NCBI RefSeq assembly: GCF_006345805.1
Contig: NC_043007.1
Location: forward strand, 54,498,001-54,562,000
Direction of reading: 5' to 3'
DNA length: 64,000 nt
Origin: Octopus sinensis
Lineage: Eukaryota
The notes beneath the pieces were generated by a model. That model did not search any database, had not been told where the DNA came from, and saw only the letters and a list, made by a program, of their open reading frames with translations. Position 1 is the first letter of the stretch; each line of letters starts with the position of its first letter. The translations under genes and the position numbers were made by a program. Below are positions 49,701-61,762 of this stretch, one piece after another.

Positions 49701-52700
49701 GTTGTTAACATGCAGGGTGAAACCTTCATGGTATTTTGTCTCTACATTTTCAGTTCAAATTCCACTAAGGTCGTCTTTGCTTTTTATCTTTTCTGTACTT
49801 GATAAAATGAGTATCACCTGAGCTTGAGGTCAATGTAATCAATTTCCTTCCCCTCCGGATTTGATAGCCTTCTGCCAAAATTGGAAACCAATATTGTAAA
49901 ATGTTTGATTCAATTTAGTATTTAGGTATCTTGCAAAGACCTACCTCATATTCTTGAATACACTATATTGTAATAAATATCATTCACACACAGCAGTGTA
50001 TGAATAATATTCTTAAGGTCGACATTTACTCACTCACAACCACTTCTAGGCTTTGTTACTAATTCAGTTTATTACCAAATTTGATGATGTTTATACATTT
50101 TTAGATTAGTCACCTCCTAAGCTACATTTTGAGCTACAAAATACGAAATTTGATTCAATAGGAAAAAAGGTGAAATTTCAAATATGTGAGGTCAAAATGG
50201 GGAGAATAATACCTGAAATCAACTTCAGGGTATATACACATGACACTGCATACATACTTTCATAGATACACACACACACACACAAACACTCACATAAGTT
50301 ACTTTTAAAATGCCCATGAAGGGAAGCAAAGGTGTGACAAATATATAGCTTTAAGGAGAGAGAAGGTAAGATGACAACAATTGATGATTCTTTTCTGCTG
50401 TCCATCATAAATAAACACTTATACACAGACACACACACATACATACATTTGTACATACATACATACTTATTGCAGAAAAGGGTTACTGAGGTTTAAAGTT
50501 TAATCATTTTCACCCTAATCAGAAAACAGGATTCAGAAGTTGACATTTTCTGCATGATACTTAACTATCACAAAATGAGGGGGGAATTTTTATCAAACAA
50601 AAGCAAACCATTACAATGACCAAAGTTGTGAGGAATTCTGGAGTTTTAATAAGTTTTTTATTTGCTTTTAAACTTTAATTCAATATTAAGAGTAGCAGAA
50701 TATAGATTATTATTTCTTAGGGTAAATTGACAAGGGTTTTGCTTTCAGACAGTATGATTGGATTTTCAGAGTAGCAGGATTCAGATTTTTTATTTTCAAG
50801 CAAGTTGACAAGAACAGTAGCTAAATTGCAGGCTTTATTTTTATTTTGCATAAATTTCAACTAACACTAACTTTGCCCTAACAAGGGCAGGTGACTTCTC
50901 TTGCCTTACGATGGATACATTGGCTATTTTTTGCATTTTTAAAAATTTTATATTAGCCATGGCTTTACTATTCTCTTCTTACTATATAGTTGATATATTT
51001 TCATATCTCTTCTTGCTAGCTCTTCTTACTATATTTAGAGATAGCTAATTTATTTCTGGATTTTATAATAAAATTAGTATTACATTATTAATCACTATCA
51101 TATAGAAAATTATCTTTCATGAATTTTCACACTTTTTTTTGGCATGTTCATATTATGCACTTTGTTTTAATATAAGAATTTTATACACAGGATCTAATAT
51201 TTTTTACTATTATAATTACATTTTTCATTATCCTAAAAAATTAATTTTAAAGGAAATAATTATACAGGCAAGTTTCATTTAATTCAAATATTTTTCAACA
51301 AAAGAATATTTATTAGTTTAATAACACTGCCTGGAAAAAAAGGGGGATTACAATGAAAAATGCAGGTGCATTCTTAAGTTATTACACCTGGAAAAGTACA
51401 GAACAAGATTTCTACAGTAGAATTTGCCTAATTTGTCACATCTAAAGGAAAGTGAGAAGTATTTAAAATTAAAATTCTACTGTACTTAAAATATTGCAGC
51501 TGAGAATAACATTTTTTTAAATTAAAACACAGTATATTAAGTAAATTTGAGATTATTTATTTTATTTAAATTAAGAATCTAAAAAACTAGTAAATCTTTA
51601 AAAACAAAGTACAAAAATAATCAAAAATAAATTTGAACAAAAAGATTTTCTAAAATCATGTCTTTTGATATATACAATTAAAATAGTCATTTAATTTAGT
51701 TGTATCAAGTACAAACGAATGGCGGTGCCCCAGCATGGCCACAGCTCGTGAGCTGAAACTAGATAAAATGAAAAAAAAAATGAAAAAACAATAAAATAAG
51801 ATTTTTTTTCACTTGAACTGAAAATCCTATTACACTAAAAAAAAATTGATTGCAGTAGAATGGTCATTAAATTGTTTCAAATCAACCATATGCTGTCAAT
51901 TCTTCCACATTAAAAAAAAAATTTAATCTGATAAATAAATCATTAGTAAAATTTATTAGTTGGCATTAATACAGTAGAATTAGCCTAATTCGTTACTTCA
52001 CCTAAAAATACTGCTTTATCCAAAAATAAGCCCATGGGCTTCAGTACAGACTTAAATAATTTTTTTCTGAAAATAACAAAAATTACTGGGGCTATAACAT
52101 GAAAAGAGCTTCTTAAAATCAGATGGGCTTATTTTTGGCAAAACCCAGGAATGTTTTTATAATTTTTGTTTTAATAAGATATACTAAATTTTAAAAATGT
52201 TATTCTTGGCTGCAATAAGTACTGTAGAATTTTAATTTTAAGCACTTCTTACTTTCCTTTAGAGGTGACAAATTAGGCAAATTCTACTGTAGAAATCTTG
52301 TTCTGTACTTTTCCAGGTGTAATAATTTAAAAATATTAACATGCATGCATCCACATTTTTCATTGTAATATATGTTAGGGCGGCGAGCTGGCTGAAATGT
52401 TAGCATGCCGGGTTAAGCAGTATTTTGTTTGCTGAAACGTTAGCATGCTTAGCAGTATTTTGTTTGCTGAAATGTTAGCATGCTTAGCAGTATTTTGTTT
52501 GCTGAAACGTTAGCATGCTTAGCAGTATTTTGTTTGCTGAAATGTTAGCATGCTTAGCAGTATTTTGTTTGCTGAAACGTTAGCATGCTTAGCAGTATTT
52601 TGTTTGCTGAAACGTTAGCATGCTTAGCAGTATTTTGTTTGCTGAAATGTTAGCATGCTTAGCAGTATTTTGTTTGCTGAAACGTTAGCATGCTTAGCAG

Positions 52701-55700
52701 TATTTTGTTTGTCTTTATGTTCTGAGTTCAAATTCCACCGAGGTTGACTTTGCCTTTCATCTTTTCGGGGTCAATAAATTAAGTAACAGTTGTGTACTGG
52801 GATCGATCTAATTGATTGCCCTCTCCCCCCAAATTTCGGGCCTTATGCCTAGAGTAGAAATGAATATACATATATGTTTAATATTTTCTTCCTTATAACT
52901 TGATCTTTAGATAGAATAGAAATTTACAGTCAAGCTGACTCTTTTCTTTTCTATTGTCTATTTCTTTATGTATTTTTTATTTTGATTGTAATTGTATTTT
53001 GTCTGTCGTTATATCTATGGGTTTAGTTTTGTCTGTAAACTGCTGGGAGTGACACATCACTCAGGGTATACATTATCAAACTGAGTGAAATGAGAAGAGA
53101 AGCTAATGAAGAACTTATTTAAACAATCACCTTGAATGTAAAATAGTGATTGCACAACATCTCACCTATGTACTACAGGTGTAAGAATGCAGTGAAACAA
53201 TTGTAGTGATTTTTTATAAAAAATGTTGTTAAATCCATTTACTTTCATATATATACATATATAATGCATGCACACATACACAAACACACATATAGTGTAT
53301 TAAGAGAGGAATTAAGCACAAAGAGGAATTAGATGCAGTGTGCTAGAGAGAAGACTGCACTTGTTTGGTTATGTGATGTGGATAGATACTGACAGTACCA
53401 ATCTCTCAAAGTGGATGGAACTCATGGAAAAGGGAAACCCATGAAGGCATAGGATGAAGTATTGAAGAAAGGACAACCTCAGGACACTGAACCTTTCAGA
53501 TGAGATGACAAAAGGCTAAGATGCCTGGCACCTTACTGGTCCTCCACAGCAGAGGTGTTAAGGCCACTCCCCCTGGAGAAGAGGATTGGCCTGCAAGAGT
53601 CCTGTGCTAGTGCCATGTAAAAGTGCTTGTGTTGGTACCAAGTTAAAAGCACCCATCACACACTGTAAAGTGGTTGGCATTAGGAAGGGTATCTAGTTGT
53701 AGAAACCAAACTAAATCAGATTGGAACATGGTGCAGCTCTGCAGCTTGCCAACTTTGGTCAAACCATCCAACCCCAACCAGCATGGAAAACAGATGTTAA
53801 AGAATGATGATGATGATATAATATACATATAGTGCATGTGGGTGGTAAATTGAATTGAGTAATAACCATGCAGAGCTTGAGAAAACTTTTTTGTCTTACT
53901 GAGGATAAGAGAACATCTATAGTGCTAATGCCATGAAAAAATTCACACAGTATATTCAGTAAAGTGGTTGGTGTTAGGAAGGGTATTCAACCATAGAAAC
54001 CATGCCAAAATAATACATAGTCCTCCAACTTTTTGGATCTTGTTGGTGGCTAAATTGTTAGGGTATTCAACTCATGATCATAATGTTATGTATTTGATTC
54101 CTGGTGACACATTGAGTCCTTGAGCAAGACACTTTGTTTCACATTGCACAGTTCACTAAAAAATGAGTTGCACCTGTAATTCAAAGGCCCAGCCTTATCA
54201 CATTCTATATCACACTGAATGTTTTTGATAACTACATTAAGAATATGCATGTTTGTGGAGTGCTCAGCCACATTCACATGTGTAACTGACAGAATGACTA
54301 TTACAGTATATACATAAAAAAAGTGCAGGTGTGGCTGTGTATTAAGATGCTTGCTTCCAAACCACATGGTTCTAGTTTCAGTCCCACTTTGTGACACCTT
54401 GGGCAAGTGACTTCTACTATAGTCTTGGGTCAACCAAAGCCTTGTGAGTGGATCAGCCCATCGTATGTATGTAAGTATGTATGTATGTATGGATGGATGC
54501 ATGCATGTATGTATGTATGTGTGTATGTGTGTGTGTATGTATGTATGTATGTGTATCTTTGCATTTCTATTTGTCCCCTTACCACCACTTGAAACTGGTG
54601 TTGATTTGTTTACATCCCATAACCTGGCAGTTCAAAAGAGACTGATAAAATAAATAACAGGCTTTAAAAGTCAATTCGTTCAACTAAAAATATCTCTTCA
54701 AGATAGTACCCCAGCATGGCCAGTCTAATGACTGAAACAAGTAAAAGATAAAAGATTTAATCGATGCCAGCATGGAAAATAGACATATGATGATGATGAT
54801 GGATGATGACATCAGCAACTTGGAATGCAGAGATAAGCAATCCCTGAAAATGAAACTTTTGACTTGATCCACACTGCAAGCTGTTTAAACACTTGGCTTA
54901 CTTTCACACTATGAATATATGGATATGACTCCATATACACAGTGATCTCTTTATCATCATCATTTTATATCTCGTTATATATAACATTGATGTATACACT
55001 TCCTACCATCTCCTTTTCCCTGGGCACTGTCCCTGCACCCATGCCATCCAGTCAAGTATTCCTCACATCACCTTACCTGCCACCTTTTAACAACCATCCC
55101 TCTTTGACACATATTACATCCTCTAACTCTTTTTTTGCTACCAGCAACAGCCTTCCTTCCTTCCTTCTATCCCTCATTTTCCTTATTATCTCTTTCCATG
55201 TGCCTCTAGCTATTCCCCCTGCACCCTTCTCTGCTATGTTTGATCTTAACACCTCATATTTCATCACATATCCGTCATCATTCTCAGTGCTCTCTCATGT
55301 CTGCTACCACACCTACCCCCTATAGCTACTCTTTATATACCTCTACATCTCCATCCCCACCACTCCTATGCCTTGCTCATCATCTCCTTCTCCCTGAACT
55401 ATCATCTTTGAGCTACTACAATCTCTCTCGTCTCACCCACTACTTCTGTGCGTCACTCACTACATTCACTTCTACCCCCATCTCTAACAATTTGGTACTC
55501 TTCCCTTACAGTTTTATAACTGCCTCTCTGCTCCTATTCTACTTCCCATATTATCTCTTGCTTCTTAAGGGTTTTGCTCTCATCTTACCTTTACCCAGAT
55601 ACTTCTAGCCACTCTTATATAAATGTATCTTCTCTACAGCAAGACACTCTGCTTGTCCTTGACATAAAAACCATCCCTCCAATCAGTATGGTTGGTTATA

Positions 55701-58700
55701 AGAAGGGCATCCAGCCAAAGAAACCAAACCAAAAGTGAAATATATGAGTAAGATGTAACCACCAACCTACCTAGAACAGCAGAAACTCTATGTAAGAACT
55801 GATGCAGATTGTGGCAATCCATCTCACCCTTGCAAGTATGGAAATGCCCTGATTTCATTTACTTTGCCCTCTTTTTTCTTTGGTGATAATTTCTGAAGCA
55901 ATATGTCGACCATTATTATATGGAAAACTTGAATTGAGATACACTGAAGTAAATAATCAATGAATTTTGAAACAAGATGACTGATTGGGTCTGAAAATTT
56001 TGGAAGAGAATAATTTGTTTACATCTATAGTCAAGTAGTGTCACTTAATTTTCAACCTGACTAGTATTATTGTGATTGATATGCATTGTAACATTAAAAA
56101 TTATTGGAAAGCAGTTTTATAAGACATATGTTTGCATCACATGCCAGTAACCTAAAGCTTGATCTAGTGTATACTGTAACACCTGATGCACTACATACCA
56201 TTTAAAACCTGATCTTGTGTATGAGATGCAGACTAATCTGAGAGAAAAGTGAATGTTAAATGAATTTTTAAAAACAAAAAATCAAATCAAATCAAATCAA
56301 ATCAAAACAAATCAAAATAGATGAACATCAATGGAATTTGTATCTTTGTGGTACCAGTCCCGGTGGCACACAAGAAATCCATCCGAACGTGGCCGTAGCC
56401 AGTACCGCATCGACTGGCCATCGTACTGTGGGCACATAACAAACACCATCCGATCGTGGCCGTTCGCCAGCCTCATCTGGCACCTGTGTCGGTGGCACAT
56501 AAAAACACCATCCGAAGACCCGGCAAGACTAGTCAGGCCATAACCCGTGGCCCCTACCTGGGACGTAGTCAGTCCACTTGTGCATACCTTCCTTCTTGTG
56601 ATACTTGTGAAGGCCTGTTGAGGCAAATCAAAATCAAATCAAAACAAATCAAAATAGATGAACATCAATGGAATTTGTATCTTTGTGGTACCAGTGCCGG
56701 TGGCACACAAGAAAACCATCCGAACGTGGCCGTAGCCAGTACCGCACCGACTGGCCTCCGTGCTGTGGGCACGTGCCGGTGGCACACAAGAAAACTATCC
56801 GAATATGGCCGTAGCCAGTACCGCACCGACTGGCCTCCGTGCTGTGGGCACATAACAAACACCATCCGATCGTGGCCGTTCGCCAGCCTCATCTGGCACC
56901 TGTGTCGGTGGCACATAAAAACACCATCCGAAGACCCAGCAAGACTAGTCAGGCCATAACCTGTGGCCCCTACCTGGGACTTAGTCAGTCCACCTGTGCA
57001 TACCTTCCTTCTTGTGACACTTGTGAAGACCTGTTGAGGCAAGTGAAAATCAAATCAAATCAAATCAAATCAAATCAAATCAAAACAAATCAAAATAGAT
57101 GAACATTAATGGAATTTGTATCTTTGTGGTACCAGTGCCGGAGGCACACAAGAAAACCATCCGAAAGTGGACGTAGCCAGTACCGCATCGACTGGCCTCC
57201 GTGCTGTGGGCACGTAACAAACACCATCCGATCGTGGCTGTTCGCCAGCCTCATCTGGCACCTATGTCGGTGGCACATAAAATCACCATCCGAAGACCCG
57301 GCAAGACTAGTCAGGCCATAACCCGTGGCCCCTACCTGGGACGTAGTCAGTCCACCTGTGCATACCTTCCTTCTTGTGACACTTGTGAAGACCTGTTGAG
57401 GCAAGTGAAAATCAAAACAAATCAAAATAGATGAACATCAATGGAATTTGTATCTTTGTGGTACCAGTGCCGGTGGCACACAAGAAATCCATCCGAACGT
57501 GGCCGTAGCCAGTACTGCATCGACTGGCCTCCGTGCTGTGGGCACGTAACAAACACCATCCAATCGTAGCCGTTTGCCAGCCTCATCTGGCACCTGTGTC
57601 GGTGGCACATAAAAACACCATCTGAGCGTGGCCGTCTGCCAGCCTCGTCTGGCACCTGTGTCGGTGGCACATAAAAAACACCATCCGAGCGTGGCCGTTC
57701 GCCAGCCTCATCTGGCACCTGTGTCGGTGGCACATAAAATCACCCATTACACTCTCGGAGTGGTTGGCGTTAGGAAGGGCATCCAGCTGTAGAAACACTG
57801 CCAGATCTGACTGGCTTGGTGCAGCCTTCGGGCTCCCCAGACCCCAGTTGAACCGTCCAACCCATGCTAGCATGGAAAGCGGACGTTAAATGATGATGAT
57901 GATGATGATGATGAAAAGTGATAAATGGACCTAATATCATTAATTAATTTTCAAATCTATCATTAAGAAAGGCATAAAGTCACACAAACTCAATTAAATA
58001 AGAATCTAATTGTGTGCAATGAGTACCAATGTCACATCTATTTCTTCATTTTTGCACAATACCACAGTGCTTCAACATGGTCTGTAGTTGCAAGCATAAC
58101 TGGATCAATGAAATGCAGGCTGTTATTAACCTTCAGGTACTGAAAAACCAACGTAATTGATGGTGTTGTATGACACCTAGAGATGGTTTAAAACTGTTGT
58201 TACTTGGAAAATATAATGTTGCAGAATATCTGGCAGCATTGCAGTTATTTCATCATTTAGTGCAACCAGAAGACACCTAGATCTAACTTCAAAACATCCA
58301 AAAACCTATTGAATTTTCACAAAATAGTCTACATTGTGCCTGAGTGACAAATGTGCTTTCATCAGTTTTAACAGTGACACTGACTCACCAGTTTGAAGTA
58401 GATTTTGTGTAACACGCTCTGTGCATATATCACAGCAGTAGTTCTAGTTCATTACAGTCTCTAATGCTACTTGACACTCAAAGGCTATTGCTTCTATAAT
58501 CACTATGCTATACACACAATGATATAGGCGATTGTCAACCAGCACAGAAGGTTGTTTTCTTAGGAAAATCATGTCTGAACAACCAGATCAAGATCAAAGT
58601 CAAGAAGAAGCCAGATTTTGTGTATTTAATGATAATCATTCTCTTCTGTTAACATTTGATACACTTAGGTAGTTAGTTAATAGCCATGTTTTACTCACAT

Positions 58701-61700
58701 TGATTAGTAATGTAAGCAAATTATTCAATAATAACAATGTTACACTGGCTATTTTAAATTATCAAGCCAGCACTCTATTGTCCAATGTCTTAATCTTGTA
58801 GGAAACTCTCAGTAAGATACAAGTTTCAGTTAGGAAGAATATCTTCCAGTCCAACATAGATAGACAGCTGTAACAGAGAACAGAAGATTGTTGTTGTTTA
58901 GCCCCAATCAAGCAACTTTTTTAATCATAAACTAATGAGTAGGTCAAAAAGTTCATTTGGTCTTTTAAGCAAAAACAAGGTACAAGTTTTAAAACACAAA
59001 GAGATTTATTCGATCAGAGACATAATTACTGGTTTGTTTTGATATTTTCTGCAACCTTGTGGGCAGATCTTTTATTCCCTGCTCAAAGAATTTCCTGTCT
59101 TTACAGGTAAAAAAAACTCTTCCAGATGAAATTTTACATCCTCTTCAGAGTTGAAGGTATGTCTATTCAATGAATTCTGAAGAGACCAAAATAGGTGGAA
59201 ATCTGATGGTGCAAGGTGAAGTGAATGTAGTGTCAATAATGTTTGTTTTAATTCTCTATTTTCAGAGTGATCCCAAACACACAAAATACAACCTGTCTCA
59301 TTGTAAGTTCTCGTTGAACTACAGTAAATTGTCATATATCTAACGTGTACACATGCACAAGCGATACACTGGAGTCAGCTATTCACAAACGGGGTTCAAA
59401 ATCTTCCCTTGGTTTAATGTAGGCGGTTCTATCACAACTTATCAATAGAAATGCACAAGAGCAGAGATGAGACACATGTCCCAAACAGTTGTCATATTCA
59501 TCCAAGCTCATCTGAATTGTCAAAGCCAGTACCGGTTTTTAAGATGGACAGTGCCACACATCCAGAGGGCTAAGCCAATCACACAGGAAACAACATCTGA
59601 AACCCAACTGACAACCCAATTCTGACATGGGCAAAAGGCCCTCTGACACCTCACCAGCCAGACAGACATGCTTCAAGCCAACAAACAGCTTCTATAGTCG
59701 AATTAGGTAAGTGACTACCCTCTGAGTGCACTGAGTGTCGCAGTGGTGCTCTCTCTTCAAGCCTATCCTCTGAATGTAGGCCATTTCCCTCCTGACACCA
59801 AGCTTTTGTGGACTAAGCCACATGCTTAGGGGGTACATCCATCAGCCCAGTAATCACTCACCAACAGTCTAGTTGGATCATAACTGCACCTAAACATCTG
59901 GTGTATTAAGGTGGATGGTGCCACCAGGATCTAGTCAACTGCTCGCCAAGGGGAAATAAGAGGCACACCAATGTATTCTGAATGCACATTTTGATGGTCG
60001 GGCATTACACCCAGTTAACGAGTCAAGGTCAGCAGAGTAAGTGGATCATAACTACACTTTAATGCCTGGTGTATTAGGGTGGATGATGCCACCAGGGTCA
60101 TTGGGCATCGCAGTGGTACCGGATCTGACCAGCTTCCCGCCGAGGAGTCAGCGACCCTGAAGCAGATCAACGGCAGCCAGAGTAGCCTCAAACGCCAAGG
60201 TGGTCAGATCATAACACGGGGGTAGCTCCAACCGTCACTATACCCCGGGGTGGGATTTTTTTCAATACTCCATGATGACCAATCAACATTGTGAGCCCTG
60301 CTTTTACAACTTAGCCAGTTCGTCACATCGAAGCCTTGATCCAAAGTGGCTGGTCGTCACATGGAGGCCTCGTCTGAATTAACAGATTCCGGCGCTTTTA
60401 GTTGACTCAATGTGGAAGGACCACATCGGTATGGTTGCCCCTTCCCAACACAGCTGCAATCATGGGTGAAAGTTCTCTAACTTGCAACAAGGTAATGCAG
60501 AGCACTTGAAGTTTAGTGTTGACAAAAACTGATTTTTTTAGGAAAGGAATATGAAAACAAAAATGCCTGGAAAGCAACAGGGGGTGTGGGGAGAGGCCTT
60601 TGGAAAATTCACATGATCCAATGCTTTTCCCTTATAACTTTTAGGAAAATGAGCTTTTTTAACGATTATAAAGAAATTTGTGGGGAAAATCTTTTCTAAG
60701 AAGGTGGAGAGAGGACTTCGAAAAATTCACAAGATCTGATGTTTTTCCCTCGCAACTTTGAGGAAAATGGATATCTTCCTACTTCATACCCACGTAGGAA
60801 ACCTATCTGAAATCAAATGCGTGGAAAGCAACGAGGAGGGGGGTGCTTCGGAAAATTCACAAGTTTCACAAGATCCGAGTTTTCCCCTGGTAACTTTAAC
60901 CCTTTAGTGTTTAAACCGGCCACATCTGGCCAGAATATTATCCTTCTTTTATGTTCAAACTTATGAATATTCAGCCTCTCATACCTACCCTACAATGTCA
61001 TTCTAAAAATAAATAATCACATCATCAAAATCTTGAAGCTATGAGACAAGGCACAATTAATTCAAAACAATGAGAATAAATAAGTATTACATTTGACAAA
61101 GTAATCCGAACACTAAAGGGTTAAGGAAAATGAATATCTTTTAATGAAATTGTATATAGATACCTTTTAAACAGCATGCATTACGGATGCCTAATGTGCC
61201 GCAAACCCTTTATTTTTCTTCGGAAAAAGTGGGAAGGGACAGGAATTATTGGAAAATGTTTTTTTTTTTTTTTGATGAATGAATTACAAATATGTCACAA
61301 AACACTTTATTGTCCGGAAAATGGGGGTTGTTTCTTCCTTTAAAATTTTAACAAGTACCCCTTTATAAAAATTAGTGGTAACGAAGTCTGGACAGGAGAG
61401 AGGAAGATGATACAAAATCCTTATAAAAACCACGTTAGAGAAAGAGTGATACAAAATCCCTATAAAAACCACGTTAGTGTTTGTGTGAAACAAGTATTAT
61501 ATTAAAACAAAATAACTTTTACATATCTCTTTAAAATCATTAGTTTTCAAATGGTATCTAATGTTTACACTTTTCTTTAGCAAATTTTCGTGCCGAAATT
61601 TTAATCGGGTAAACTAGTACGTTTCAATTTTGTGTGGAGAGACAGCTTTCATGTAATATACTTTGTGTAGCTAAACTTCGAATGGCATAACAATGTCATG

Positions 61701-61729
61701 GGTTAAATGGATCGAGTGACGTATGTATG

Positions 61730-61762
<33 letters not shown>

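Larger units (their letters stand above)
44770..50230. repeat. degenerate tandem repeat of about 640 bp (A-B-A-B-A), interrupted by an RTE and a SINE
   Basis: Block A at about 44780, 45420 and 49980; block B at about 45080 and 49220; shared motif aatgcctgaaatcaactttga. Confidence 0.75.

Noticed and set aside
15125-57913. Antisense orientation bias of intronic RTE copies
   Set aside because: Roughly 8 antisense versus 4-5 sense copies; too few to be meaningful.
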